In this document: positions 20,095-30,800 of the stretch, in pieces
Layout: every line of letters starts with the position of its first letter
Position numbering within the stretch: the first letter of the stretch is position 1
Source: Gammaproteobacteria bacterium
GTDB lineage: Bacteria > Pseudomonadota > Gammaproteobacteria > S144-34
DNA length: 64,000 bases
Direction: 5' to 3'
Assembly (NCBI GenBank): GCA_026989495.1
Contig: JALSJE010000048.1
Span: 1,198 to 65,197, forward strand
The notes under the pieces: model-generated
Databases searched by the model: none
Told to the model about the DNA's origin: nothing
What the model saw: only the letters and a program-made list of their open reading frames with translations
Position numbers and translations under genes: made by a program

Positions 20095-20217
20095 TGAGGC
20101 CGCGCAGGCGTGATAACGCCACTGGCCCTGCCTTTATTCCCCCGGGAGGGGGGCGTAGACTAGGCGGCCCTCCCGGCGCGGCCGGGGCAGCGAACGGCGA
20201 GTTCACACGGGGGAGCC

Positions 20218-20592
20218 ATGACCGACGACGTCCTCGAGCGCATCCGCAAGCAGGTGGAGAGCAACCCGGTGATCCTCTACATGAAGGGGACGCCGGAGTT
20301 CCCGATGTGCGGCTACTCGGCCCGCGCGGCCCAGGCGCTGCAGCAATGCGGGGTGGAGTTCGCCTATGTGAACGTCCTGATGGACCCCGAGATCTTCGAG
20401 AACCTGCCCCGCTTCGCCAACTGGCCGACCTTTCCCCAGCTCTACATCAATGGCGAGCTGGTGGGCGGCTGCGACATCACCCTGGAGCTGTTCGAGAAGG
20501 GCGAGCTGCAGAAGATGGTCCGCGAGGCCGTCGAGCGCCATCGGGCGAAGACCGGCGAGGCCGAGACGGACGGGGAGCGGCAGGGCGGCTGA
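20218..20592 (+). CDS. grxD: monothiol glutaredoxin, Grx4 family
   Basis: Near-collinear with E. coli GrxD (ILLYMKG..P.CG.S..A.QAL...G..FAYV..L..P.....L....NWPTFPQL...GELVGGCDI). Active-site motif is CGYS rather than canonical CGFS. Confidence 0.9.
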   Translation: MTDDVLERIRKQVESNPVILYMKGTPEFPMCGYSARAAQALQQCGVEFAYVNVLMDPEIFENLPRFANWPTFPQLYINGELVGGCDITLELFEKGELQKMVREAVERHRAKTGEAETDGERQGG

Positions 20593-20598
20593 GCCGCC

Positions 20599-21354
20599 TC
20601 AGCCCCCTTCCTCCTCCGGCGCGGGCGCCGACGGAACCGCACCCTCGACCCCCTTCGAGGCCTCGGCTTCTGCGGCCGCCCCGGCGCCGGGGGCCTGCTG
20701 GAGCCGGTCCCAGGCGAGCGCCTTCTCCTCCAGCTCGCGCCAGCGGTTGACGATGGCGCAGAACAGATCCGCCGTGCGCTCGGCGTCGTAGATCGCCGAG
20801 TGCGCCTCCTTCTCGTCCCATCCGATGCCGGCTGCCTCGGCCGCCCGCCGCAGCACCGTCTGCCCGTAGGCGAGGCCCGCGAGCGAGACCGTGTCGAAGG
20901 TGCTGAAGGGGTGGAAGGGGTTGCGCTTGACCCCGGCGCGGGCGGCGGCGGCGTTGACGAAGGCGAGGTCGAAGGCGGCGTTGTGGCCCACCAGGATGGC
21001 CCGCTTGCAGCCGGTCTCCTTCATGAGCTTGCGGATGGGCTTGAAGATCCGCTCCAGCGCCTCCTTCTCGCTCACGGCGAAGCGGAAGGGGTGCCAGGGA
21101 TCGATGCCCGTGAACTCGAGCGCCTTGCGGTCGATGTGAGCGCCCTCGAAGGGGATCACGTGCGCCGAGTAGGTGGCGTCACGGCGCAGCCGCCCGGCCC
21201 CGTCCATGCGCAGCAGCACGGCCGCGATCTCCAGCAGCGCGTCCTTCCTGGGGTCGAAGCCGCCCGTCTCCACGTCCACCACCACCGGCAGATAGCCGCG
21301 GAAACGGGCCGCCATGGTGGATGCGGGCGCTGGGGGCTGGGGCTGGCCGGTCAT
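20599..21354 (-). CDS. rnt: ribonuclease T (DEDDh 3'-5' exoribonuclease)
   Basis: Collinear with E. coli RNase T ([52 protein letters not shown]). Adjacent and convergent to grxD as in E. coli. C-terminal Ala/Glu-rich extension. Confidence 0.9.
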   Translation of the reverse strand: MTGQPQPPAPASTMAARFRGYLPVVVDVETGGFDPRKDALLEIAAVLLRMDGAGRLRRDATYSAHVIPFEGAHIDRKALEFTGIDPWHPFRFAVSEKEALERIFKPIRKLMKETGCKRAILVGHNAAFDLAFVNAAAARAGVKRNPFHPFSTFDTVSLAGLAYGQTVLRRAAEAAGIGWDEKEAHSAIYDAERTADLFCAIVNRWRELEEKALAWDRLQQAPGAGAAAEAEASKGVEGAVPSAPAPEEEGG

Positions 21355-21431
21355 GGCCGGCAAGGATAGCCTACCGGGCCGGTGCGCGGCAGGTCGGGCC
21401 GCCGTGCGGCCGCCGCCCGCACGGCGGCCCG

Positions 21432-22571
21432 TCAGTGCGCCCAGTGCCCACGGGGGGAGGGTATGCCCAATTCGCCGGGCCGCGGGTAGCTGTATCGCAC
21501 CGTCATGCTGCCCATCCCGATCGGCATGGCGATCGCGCCGCTGCCGAGGAGGCCGCGCCCCGCCACCACCACCGCCAGCCGGTCGTCCTTTTCGTGGAGC
21601 GGCTGGAAGGAGGCCTTGCCGCGGAAGGCCTCGAGCACGATCCGCCCCTCGGGGACGCGTGCGTCCGGCAGGCCCGGCAGGTTGCCCGCGAGGTGGATCT
21701 TCGTGGCGTCCGTGGCACCGGCCCACGCCACGGCGCGCTCGAGCGCCCACTGCAGCGGGTAGCGGCGCCGGGCGGCCTCGGCGAGGAGCCCGCAGAATCC
21801 CGCGGAGTCCACGACCGCGAGGAGGTAGGCGTCGGCGGGCACCGGAGAGTGCCATCCCAGGTTCAGGTGCCCGAGGGTGACCTCCTCGTTGGAGTCCATC
21901 CGGCCGATCGTGAGGCCCGGCGTGGTGGTCCGGTCCGGCGCCAGCAGGCGCCAGTCGCCCTCGGATGCGATGTGGTAGAAGCACGCGTCCGCGCCCCCGT
22001 AGGGTGCGGCGGGCGGGCCGCCGGCGGCTGGGCCGCCGGGGGGAGTGCCGACCCAGCGTCCGCCGCCGTCGAGACGCCACCGGCCCTGCATGCCCGCCCT
22101 CCCGCCGTGGTGTCCCATGCGGAACGGAGCGTGGAACACCCCCGGCAGCCAGCGGCCCTCGAAGGTCCCCTGCAGCGCCATGCCGTCCACCGTGCCCCGC
22201 CAGCGGCCGGTGACGTCGTGGCCGCCCGACTCCGCCGGCCCGATCCGGCCCTGGATGTACCCCACGTCCACGCCGGGCCGGCAGCCTGTGAAGGAGAAGA
22301 CCATGAGCGCGTGGAAATGGCCTTCGCCCTCGGGCATGCAGGCGAGGAGCAGGCCGGTGGTGGGATCGGGATCGGCCCCGGGCGACTCGTGGTAGAAGCC
22401 CACCCAGAGCCGTGTCGCGGGCTCGCCGCGCCCGGACGCCACGGCGGCGGGCACCGCCGCCATCATCAGAAGTGTCAGCGCCACGCCCGGCAGCCGGTGG
22501 AGCCGCCTTCCGCGGTTGGGGCGCCGCACGGGGATGAAGGATGTGGACGGGGTGCGCGACCTCGCTGTCAT
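21432..22571 (-). CDS. hypothetical exported protein
   Basis: 379 aa. N-terminal signal-like segment ([21 protein letters not shown]). GGAGG RBS 6 nt before ATG. This is the C-terminal part of a 775-aa track ORF whose upstream portion overlaps pyrC in another frame. Confidence 0.5.
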   Translation of the reverse strand: MTARSRTPSTSFIPVRRPNRGRRLHRLPGVALTLLMMAAVPAAVASGRGEPATRLWVGFYHESPGADPDPTTGLLLACMPEGEGHFHALMVFSFTGCRPGVDVGYIQGRIGPAESGGHDVTGRWRGTVDGMALQGTFEGRWLPGVFHAPFRMGHHGGRAGMQGRWRLDGGGRWVGTPPGGPAAGGPPAAPYGGADACFYHIASEGDWRLLAPDRTTTPGLTIGRMDSNEEVTLGHLNLGWHSPVPADAYLLAVVDSAGFCGLLAEAARRRYPLQWALERAVAWAGATDATKIHLAGNLPGLPDARVPEGRIVLEAFRGKASFQPLHEKDDRLAVVVAGRGLLGSGAIAMPIGMGSMTVRYSYPRPGELGIPSPRGHWAH

Positions 22572-22651
22572 GCCGGGCCTCCTGCCTGCCGCACCGGACG
22601 ATGTGCCGCCAATGCTAGCAGAAGGCCCGCGCCCGGCGAAGGGGCCGCGGC

Positions 22652-23695
22652 TCAAGGGGCGGGGGCGAGCCGCCAGGCGACGGTGGCGCCGGCGCGCAGC
22701 GGGACGATGCGCCCGGGGCCCTCGCCGTAGGCCCCGGGGACGGTCCAGGGCTCGCGCACGAGGGTGACGGTCCCTTCGTTGCGCGGCAGGCCGTGGAAAT
22801 CGGGCCCGTGGAAGGCGGCGAAGGCCTCGAGCCGGTCGAGGGCGCCGGCCTCCTCGAAGGCCTCGGCGTAGAGCTCCAGCGCCGCGTGGGCGGTGTAGAT
22901 GCCGGCGCAGCCGCACGCGCTCTCCTTGGCGCGGGCCGGGTGCGGGGCGCTGTCGGTGCCGAGGAAGAAGCGCGGATGACCCTCGGCCACCGCCTCCAGC
23001 AGGGCGCGGCGGTGGCGCTCGCGCTTGAGCACGGGCAGGCAGTAGTGGTGCGGGCGCAGCCCGCCCTCGAACAGGGCGTTGCGGTTCATGAGGAGGTGGT
23101 GGGCGGTGACCGTGGCGGCCACGCGCGGCGGCGCCGCCCGCACGAAGGCCACGCCTTCGGCCGTGGTCACGTGCTCCAGCACCACGCGCAGGCGCGGGTG
23201 GCGCTCGACCAGCGGCGCGAGCTCGCGCTCGATGAAGACGGCCTCGCGGTCGAAGACGTCCACCGCCGGGTCGGTGACCTCGCCGTGCACGAGCAGCGCG
23301 AGCCCGTGCTCGGCCAGCGCCTCGAGCACCGGGTCGAGGCGGCGGATATCGGTCACGCCCGCCTCGGCGTGCGTGGTGGCACCCGCCGGGTAGAGCTTGG
23401 CGGCGAAGGCCCCGGCCGCGGCCGCCGCCGCGACGTCGGCGGGCGTGGTGCGGTCGGTGAGGTAGAGGGCCATGAGGGGCTCGAAGTCCGTGCCGGGCGG
23501 GAGCGCCGCCTCGATGCGCGCGCGGTAGGCGCGCAGGGCCTCGGCAGTGGCCACCGGGGGCTTCAGGTTGGGCATCACCACCGCGCGCCGGAAGCGCGCC
23601 ACCGTGTGCGGCAGCACGTGCGCGAGCAGCGCGCCGTCGCGCAGGTGCAGGTGCCAGTCGTCGGGTCGCGTCAGCGTGAGCTCGGTCGTCGTCAT
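22652..23695 (-). CDS. pyrC: dihydroorotase, class II (homodimeric type)
   Basis: 347 aa. DWHLHLRDG metal-binding start, carboxylated-Lys region AAKLYPAGATT, HGE, FLGTDSAPH. Confidence 0.9.
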   Translation of the reverse strand: MTTTELTLTRPDDWHLHLRDGALLAHVLPHTVARFRRAVVMPNLKPPVATAEALRAYRARIEAALPPGTDFEPLMALYLTDRTTPADVAAAAAAGAFAAKLYPAGATTHAEAGVTDIRRLDPVLEALAEHGLALLVHGEVTDPAVDVFDREAVFIERELAPLVERHPRLRVVLEHVTTAEGVAFVRAAPPRVAATVTAHHLLMNRNALFEGGLRPHHYCLPVLKRERHRRALLEAVAEGHPRFFLGTDSAPHPARAKESACGCAGIYTAHAALELYAEAFEEAGALDRLEAFAAFHGPDFHGLPRNEGTVTLVREPWTVPGAYGEGPGRIVPLRAGATVAWRLAPAP

Positions 23696-23776
23696 GCGGA
23701 TGGCCGCGGTTTACGGGGGCGACGTCAGGGCTTACCGTTTCCAGGCGAACGGAACGCAAGGGGAGGAGCCACGCGC

Positions 23777-24121
23777 ATGAACGCCAGCAACGATGCCATC
23801 GCCCTGCTCCGCCCGCTCCTGGACGCGCGCATGTGGATGAAGCTGCTCGCCGTGCTCGCCGTCATCGACGGCGTGCTGATGGCTTTCACGCCCTGGGGGA
23901 TCCTGGTCGCCTGGCTGCCGATCTGGCTCGGGGTGGTGCTGTTCCAGGCGGCCTCGGCGCTGGACCGGGCCGAGGCGGGCGACGGGGCGGCCGCCGCCCA
24001 GGCCCTGGGCAGGCTCAGGACCTTCTTCACCATCGCCGGCGTCACGGCCATCGTGCTCCTGGTCGTGGGCGCGCTGGGCATGCTCGGCATGGGGCTCATG
24101 TTCCGCGGCATGGCTCACTGA
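23777..24121 (+). CDS. small integral membrane protein (3 predicted TM; possibly DUF5362-like)
   Basis: 114 aa. [11 protein letters not shown] 8 nt upstream. Hydrophobic segments WMKLLAVLAVIDGVLMAF, ILVAWLPIWLGVVLF, IAGVTAIVLLVVGALGMLGMGLMF. Confidence 0.5.
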   Translation: MNASNDAIALLRPLLDARMWMKLLAVLAVIDGVLMAFTPWGILVAWLPIWLGVVLFQAASALDRAEAGDGAAAAQALGRLRTFFTIAGVTAIVLLVVGALGMLGMGLMFRGMAH

Positions 24122-24158
24122 GCGGCCAGGACCGCGCAGGCATGCCTGCGCGCCCCGC

Positions 24159-25688
24159 TCATGCGGCCTCCCCCAGCAGGCGCGCGCGCCGGCGCACGTC
24201 GCCGAGCAGCGCCAGCGTCCAGCGCACGCCGAAGCCCGTGAAGCGGGTGGGCACGTGCGCGAGCCCGCCCTCGTGCTCGGCGGCGGCGAGGTCCACGTGC
24301 ACCCAGGGCGTCCCCACGGGCACGAAGCGTGCCAGGAAGCGCGCGGCGAGGATGTGATCGGCCTCGCCTTCGAGGGTGCATTGCTTGACGTCGGCGATGT
24401 CGCTGCGCAGGGCCTCGTCGTAGTCGGGCTCGGTGGGGAAGGGCCAGACGCGCTCGCCGCTCGCACGCCCCGCCTCGGCGAGCGTCTCGAGCAGCGCGCG
24501 CCGGTTGCTGAAGACGCCGCTCATGCGCGACCCGAGGGCGTAGATGCATGCGCCCGTGAGCGTCGCGTAGTCGATGATGGCGGCGGGCCGCGCGCGTGAG
24601 GCGAGCGCGAGCGTGTCCGCGAGCAGCATCCGGCCTTCCGCGTCCGTGTGCACCACCTCGATGGTGGTGCCGTCGGCGGCGCGCACGACCTCGTGGGGGC
24701 GGTAGGCCTCGGGGCCGACCAGGTTCTCGGCGATGGCGAGCCAGGCGTCCACGGGGCCGGGCCAGCCGAGCTCGGTGAGCGCGGCGAGCGTGCCGAGGGC
24801 GACGGCGCTTCCCTGCATGTCGCCGTGCATGCCCTGCATGTGGCGCGCGGGCTTGAGGTTGACGCCGCCGGTGTCGAAGCACACGCCCTTGCCGACCAGC
24901 GCCAGCAGCGGGTGCGCGCGGCGCCGCGGGCGGTAGGCCAGATGCAGGATGCCGGCGCCGCGGCTGCCCGCGCGCGCCACTGCGAGGAAGGCGCCCGCGC
25001 CGGCGCGCGCGAGCGCACGCCGGTCCAGGAAGCGCACGCGCCAGCCGTGACGGCGCGCGAGCCGGCGTGCGGCGCGCACGTAGGCCTCGGGCGTGAGCAC
25101 GTTGGGCGGCAGCGCCGCGAGCCAGCGCGCGAGGTGGTTGCCGTGTGCGCCTGCGAGCGTGGCGGCCAGCTCCAGACGCCGGGCGTGGCCCGCCAGCCGC
25201 ACCCGCCGCAGGGATGGCGCCGGCGGCGGCTCGCCCGCAAGGCTCGGCATGGGCTGCGCTGCGGCGAGGAGCGCCGCCGCGCCCGCCTCCAGGAGCGCGC
25301 CCGTGCGCCGTCCCGCGCCCGGCGCCCACACGCACACCTCGCGCGCGCGCACGGCGAGCGCACGGGCGGCGAGCCTGCGCGCGAGCTCGAGACGGGCGAA
25401 GGGCTCGGCGTCGTCGGCGATGCAGGCGGCGACGACGCGCACGAGGCGCGTGCCCTCGGCCACGTCGGTATCGAGCAGCACCTCGCCGCAGCGCGGCCTG
25501 GTGGCCCGCGCGGCCGCCGCGCGCAGCGCCGCCAGCCAGGGCAGGCCGCGCGGCCAGCTTCCTGCGGCCACGGCGGGCGGCAGCCACAGGATCACGCTGT
25601 CGGCGCGGGCGGCGGCCGCACGTGCCGCCTCGGCGCCTAATGTCTGAACGAGCTGGATTTTCGGCTCGGGCGGGAGCAGCGCCACCAT
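24159..25688 (-). CDS. M17 family leucyl aminopeptidase
   Basis: VGKGVCFDTGG and HTDAEGRMLLAD (NTDAEGRL-type) motifs. ~510 aa. Start taken at second Met with AAGGAA RBS. Confidence 0.8.
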   Translation of the reverse strand: MVALLPPEPKIQLVQTLGAEAARAAAARADSVILWLPPAVAAGSWPRGLPWLAALRAAAARATRPRCGEVLLDTDVAEGTRLVRVVAACIADDAEPFARLELARRLAARALAVRAREVCVWAPGAGRRTGALLEAGAAALLAAAQPMPSLAGEPPPAPSLRRVRLAGHARRLELAATLAGAHGNHLARWLAALPPNVLTPEAYVRAARRLARRHGWRVRFLDRRALARAGAGAFLAVARAGSRGAGILHLAYRPRRRAHPLLALVGKGVCFDTGGVNLKPARHMQGMHGDMQGSAVALGTLAALTELGWPGPVDAWLAIAENLVGPEAYRPHEVVRAADGTTIEVVHTDAEGRMLLADTLALASRARPAAIIDYATLTGACIYALGSRMSGVFSNRRALLETLAEAGRASGERVWPFPTEPDYDEALRSDIADVKQCTLEGEADHILAARFLARFVPVGTPWVHVDLAAAEHEGGLAHVPTRFTGFGVRWTLALLGDVRRRARLLGEAA

Positions 25689-25806
25689 CCGCTTGTTCCT
25701 TGACCTCCATGGTGAGAACAAGGATCATACGCGCTCCCCGCGGGTGGGGTACAGCGGGTATCGTCTATCATTTTCCGGGCCTGCGGCCCGCAGCTTCAGA
25801 CGCCAC

Positions 25807-26802
25807 ATGCCGCTCGAGACCATCGAGGACAAGAAACGGGTGCTGCGCGAGATGCTGTTCGCGCGGCGCTTCGAGGAGCGCTGCTACGAAGCCTACGTGG
25901 AGCGCAAGATCGGCGGCTTCCTGCACCTGTACCCCGGGCAGGAGGCCTGCGTGCACGGCGTGCTGGAGGCCGCGCGCCCCGGCTTCGACTACGTCATCAC
26001 CGGCTACCGCGACCACATACACGCCATCAAGTGCGGCTGCGATCCCAAGGCCGTGATGGCCGAGCTCTACGGCAAGGCCACCGGCTGCTCGCGCGGCTAC
26101 GGCGGCTCCATGCACCTCTTCGACGTGGCGCACCGCTTCATGGGCGGCTACGCGCTCGTGGGCGGGCCCTTCCCGCTCGCGGCCGGCATCGCCAAGGCCA
26201 TTCTCATGAAGGGCGGCGAGGAGATCTCGATCTGCTTCCTGGGCGATGCCGCCAACAACCAGGGCACCTTCCACGAGACCATGAACATGGCGAGCCTGTG
26301 GAAGCTGCCCGTGCTGTACGTGTGCGAGAACAACCTCTACGGCATCGGCACGCGCATCGACCGCTCTACCGCCGTGGTGGACCAGTACAAGCGCGTGTGC
26401 GGCTACGACATCCCCGCGGTGCAGGTGGACGGCCAGGACGTGGAGGCGGTGTACGAGGCGGCCAAGGAGGCCGTGGCGCACGTGCGCGCGCGCAGGGGTC
26501 CGTACTTCATGGAGCTGCTCACCTACCGCTACCGCGGGCACTCCATGTCGGACTCCAACGCCTACCGCCCCAAGGAGGAGGAGCGCAAGTGGTCGCGCCG
26601 TGACCCCATCATCATCCTGCGCGACCGCCTCATCGGGGCCGGCGCCATGACGCTCGACGACTACAAGCGCATGGACGACGAGATCCTCGACGAGATCGAG
26701 CACGAGATCATCCCCTTCGCCGAGCGCTCGCCCGAGCCGCGGGTGGAGGATCTCGAGAAGTACGTCCACGCCGACAACGACTCCTGCCGCAGGAGGGCCT
26801 GA
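25807..26802 (+). CDS. 2-oxoacid (pyruvate/acetoin) dehydrogenase E1 component alpha subunit, ThDP-dependent
   Basis: 331 aa. ThDP-binding GDAANNQGTFHETMNMAS...NN motif. Heterotetrameric E1 type. Confidence 0.9.
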   Translation: MPLETIEDKKRVLREMLFARRFEERCYEAYVERKIGGFLHLYPGQEACVHGVLEAARPGFDYVITGYRDHIHAIKCGCDPKAVMAELYGKATGCSRGYGGSMHLFDVAHRFMGGYALVGGPFPLAAGIAKAILMKGGEEISICFLGDAANNQGTFHETMNMASLWKLPVLYVCENNLYGIGTRIDRSTAVVDQYKRVCGYDIPAVQVDGQDVEAVYEAAKEAVAHVRARRGPYFMELLTYRYRGHSMSDSNAYRPKEEERKWSRRDPIIILRDRLIGAGAMTLDDYKRMDDEILDEIEHEIIPFAERSPEPRVEDLEKYVHADNDSCRRRA

Positions 26803-27782
26803 TGGCGGAGATGGCGCTGTGGGAAGCCGTGCGCCGCGCGCACGACGAGGAGCTGGCCAACGACCCCATGGTCATCGTCATGGGCGAGGACGTGGGCCTG
26901 GCCGGCGGCACCTACAAGGCGACCCTGGGCCTGTACGAGAAGTATGGGCCCGAGCGGGTCATCGATACCCCCATCTCCGAGAACAGCTTCACGGGTCTCG
27001 GCATCGGCGCCTCCTTCCTCGGCGTGCGGCCCATCATCGAGATCATGTCGGTGAACTTCGCCTGGCTGGCGCTCGATCAGATCGCCAACACCGCGGCCAA
27101 GGTGCGCTACATGTCGGGCGGCCAGCTTCAGGCGCCGGTGGTGATCCGCTCGCCGGGAGGCGTCGCCCACCAGCTCGGGGCCCAGCACTCGGCGCGCATG
27201 GAGAAGGTCTTCATGGGGATCGCCGGCCTGCGCGTGGTCACCCCCTCGAACCCGCGCCAGGCCTATGGGCTGCTCAAGTCGGCCGTGCGCTGCGACGATC
27301 CCGTGTTCATCAACGAGCACGAGTACATGTACAACCTGCGCGGCGAGGTGCCGGACGAGGAGTACTTCCATCCGCTGGAGGGCTCGGAGGTGGCCCGCCC
27401 CGGCCGCGACGTCACCCTCTTCGGCTACAACATCTCGGTGCACTGGTGCCTCCAGGCCGCCGAGCGGCTCGCGGCCGAGCACGGCATCGACTGCGAGGTG
27501 GTGGACCTCTACGCGCTCAGCCCCCTCGACCGTGAGGGCATCGCGCGCTCGGTGACCAGGACGCACCGTGCCGTGATCGTGGAGGAGGCCGAGGCCCCGT
27601 GCGGGGTGGGTGCGGAGGTCATGGCCATCATCGACGAGGAGTGCTTCTACGAGCTGGACGCCCCGCCGCTGCGGGTCTCGGCGCGCAACGTGCCCATCCC
27701 GTACAACCGCACCCTGGAGAGGGCCGCCATCCCGAACGCGGACGAGGTGGTGGCGGCGGTGCTGCACCTGCTCGGCAAGTGA
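26802..27782 (+). CDS. 2-oxoacid (pyruvate/acetoin) dehydrogenase E1 component beta subunit
   Basis: 326 aa transketolase-like beta subunit. ATG overlaps the E1alpha stop (ATGA). Confidence 0.9.
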   Translation: MAEMALWEAVRRAHDEELANDPMVIVMGEDVGLAGGTYKATLGLYEKYGPERVIDTPISENSFTGLGIGASFLGVRPIIEIMSVNFAWLALDQIANTAAKVRYMSGGQLQAPVVIRSPGGVAHQLGAQHSARMEKVFMGIAGLRVVTPSNPRQAYGLLKSAVRCDDPVFINEHEYMYNLRGEVPDEEYFHPLEGSEVARPGRDVTLFGYNISVHWCLQAAERLAAEHGIDCEVVDLYALSPLDREGIARSVTRTHRAVIVEEAEAPCGVGAEVMAIIDEECFYELDAPPLRVSARNVPIPYNRTLERAAIPNADEVVAAVLHLLGK

Positions 27783-27838
27783 GGCCCGCGCCGCGGCGCC
27801 CGCGCGGCGCCGCGGCGCGCATCTTCCGGTACCCGGAC

Positions 27839-30800
27839 ATGGCAGAGCGCTACGTCATCAGGATGCCCCAGCTCTCGGACACCATGACCGAGGGCGTGGT
27901 GGTGGGCTGGCAGAAGGCCATCGGCGAGAAGGTCTCGCGCGGCGACGTGGTCGCCCAGGTCGAGACCGACAAGGCCATCATGGACGTGGAGGTCTTCCGC
28001 GAGGGGTATCTCTCGGGGCCGCGCGCGCCGGAGGGCGCCACCGTGCCGGTGGGCGAGCCCATCGCCTATCTGGTGCCGACGCCGGAGGAGGTGGTGGGCG
28101 AGGAGGGGACGGCACCGCCGTCGCCGGAGGCGCCCGCGCCCGCCCCCGAAGCCACCCCGGCGGCCGAGCCTCCCGCGCCGCCGCAGTCCGCCGCGGGAGA
28201 GGGTGCGAGGGGTGATGGCGCGGTCCGGCCGCCCGAGGGGGTGGTGCACGTCATCAGGATGCCCCAGCTCTCGGACACCATGACCGAGGGCGTCGTCGTG
28301 GCCTGGGTCAAGCAGCCCGGCGACAAGGTCGCACGCGGCGACGTGGTCGCCCAGGTGGAGACCGACAAGGCCGTCATGGACGTGGAGGTCTTCCGCGAGG
28401 GCTACCTTTCGGGACCGCTCGCGCCCGTGGACGGCACCGTGCCGGTGGGCGAGCCCATCGGCTACCTGGTCGAGCGCCCCGAGCAGGTGGTGCAGGGTGA
28501 GGCCGCCCCTGCGGCCGCGCCCGCGCCGGCCGCCGCCCCGGCGGCGCCTCCGGCGCCCGCGCGGCCGGAGACCCCGGTGCCTGCGGCGCCGGCCCCGCCC
28601 GCTGCGCGCCGCCCCGGCGCGCCGCCCGCGCCACGGCCCACCAACCGCTACGCCACCCCCTACGCGCGCAAGCTCGCCGGCGAGCTGCAGGTGAACCTGG
28701 AGCACGTGCAGGGGACGGGCCCAGGCGGCGTGATCACCGGCGATGACGTGCTGCGCGCCCAGCCTGTGGCGCGCCCGCGTGAGGCGGCCCCGCTCCCCGC
28801 CCCCGAGCTCATGCCGGAGGCGCAGGTGCCGGGCGAGGGCCGGCCCATGACGGCGATGGAACGCGCGGTGGCGCGCTCCATGACGGCCGCGCTCACCATG
28901 CCCACCTTCCACGCCACCGTGCACGCGCGCCCCGACGCCCTCGTGCGCGGCGCCAAGCGGCGCGGTGTCTCGGTGACGGTGGCGCTCGCCAAGGCCTGCG
29001 CCGAGGCGCTGCGGCGCCACCCGCGCATGAACTGGGCCTACCAGCCGGTGGACCGCATCGTCGAGCGCGCGCAGGTGGACATCGGCATGGCGGTGGCGGC
29101 CGAGGACGGCGGGCTCGTGGTGCCGGTGCTGCGCCGCTGCGAGGCGCGCCCCCTGGAGGAGCTGCACGCCGAGTGGAAGGGGCTGGTCGAGCGCGCGCGC
29201 AAGCGCCGCCTCAAGCCCCAGGAGTACGCCAACCCCACGTTCATGATCTCCAACATGGGGATGCTGAACGTGGACTGGTTCGACGCCATCCCCACGCCGG
29301 GCACGGCGGCCATCCTCGCCGTGGCCACCGCGGGCGAGCGGGGCATGCCCCTCACCATCACCGCCGATCACCGGGTGGTGAACGGCGCCGAGGTCGCGGC
29401 CTTCCTCAACACCCTGCGCGAGCTGGTGGAGCGGCCCGACGACTGGCTCGCCCCCCCCGGGCCACGCATCCCCGAGGGCGAGTGGGACTGGCCGGTGGTG
29501 GTCATCGGTGGCGGGCCCGGCGGCGAGGACTGTGCGCGCGAGCTCGCCGAGCACGGCATCAAGGTGGCGCTGGTCAACGACGCCCCGCTCCCCGGTGGCG
29601 AGTGCCTGTGGCGCGGCTGCATCCCGTCCAAGACCTGGCGCGCCGCCGCCGACCGCATCCGCGACCGCGCCCACGACGCCCGCCTCGGGGTGCTGGGCAC
29701 CGCCAGGCCGCGTCTCGACTGGAAGCGCCTCGAGGCCACCCGCCGGGAGGTGCTCGAGACCCGCGGCGCGATGGCCCTCAAGACCGACAAGGGCATGAAG
29801 GTGGAGGTGATCCAGGGGCGCGCGCGCTTCGAGGACGCCCACACCCTGTTCATCGACACCTCCCACCTGCCGGAGGACCCCCACGCCCGCCCCGGCCCCG
29901 GCGACGGCAGCGAGGGCTACCGCATCACCTTCGGCTGCGCCGTGATCGCCACCGGCGCGCCGCCCTTCGTGCCGCCCATCCCCGGCGCCCGCGAGGGCCT
30001 GGAGACCGGCGGCGTCCTCACCTCCGACACCGTGTGGTCCCTCGAGGGCCCGCCGAAGCGCATGGTGGTGGTGGGCGGCGGGGCCATCGGCGCCGAGATG
30101 GCGCAGATGTTCCAGGACTTCGGCACGCGCGTGCTGCTGCTCGAGGCGCGCAGCCGCATCCTGGCCGAGGTCGAGCCCGAGATCGCCGAGCGGCTCGGGG
30201 CCGTGCTCGCCGCCGATCCGCGCCTGGAGGTCCATGTCTCGGTGCGCATCGAGAGCCTCTCGGGCGAGCCCGGCGCCATGAAGGTGCGCTGGCGCGACGC
30301 CGAAGGGAAGCGGCGCACGACGACCTGCGATCGCGTGCTCATGGCCACGGGCAAGCGCCCCGTGCTCGAGCCCCTGCAGCTCGACCGGGCGGGCGTGGCG
30401 GTGCGCGACGGCGTCATCGCCGTGGACGACGGCTGCCGCACCTCGGTCCCGCACATCTATGCCGTCGGGGATGCGAACGGCGGCTACATGCTCGCCCACA
30501 CGGCGGCGACCCAGGGGCGCGTGGCCGCGGCCCGGATCCTGGGCGAGCCGCGCCGCTACGATCCGGACCTCGACTGCGGCGTCATCTTCACCCGCCCCCA
30601 GGCCGCCTTCGTGGGCCTCGACGTCGAGCGGGCCAGGGCCAAGGGGCTCGACCCGGCCGAGGTCAAGGTGCCGCTCGGCATCGACGCCAAGGCCATGATC
30701 ACGGGCGAGACCGAGGGCCTCATCAAGCTCGTGGCCGACAAGGCGAGCCACCGCATCGTGGGGGTGCACCTGCTCGCCGACCACGCCGACACCCTGATCG

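Noticed and set aside
20100-20217. Inverted repeat CCGGGAGGG-N17-CCCTCCCGG between repeat copy 2 and grxD
   Set aside because: GC-rich palindromes of this size are frequent in this genome. There is no T-tract or recognisable operator consensus. Probably part of the grxD promoter/5'UTR without specific evidence.
21432-23759. 775-aa ORF overlapping pyrC
   Set aside because: The N-terminal 400 aa lie in a different frame across the bona fide pyrC gene. Only the C-terminal 379 aa, with its own RBS, are credible.
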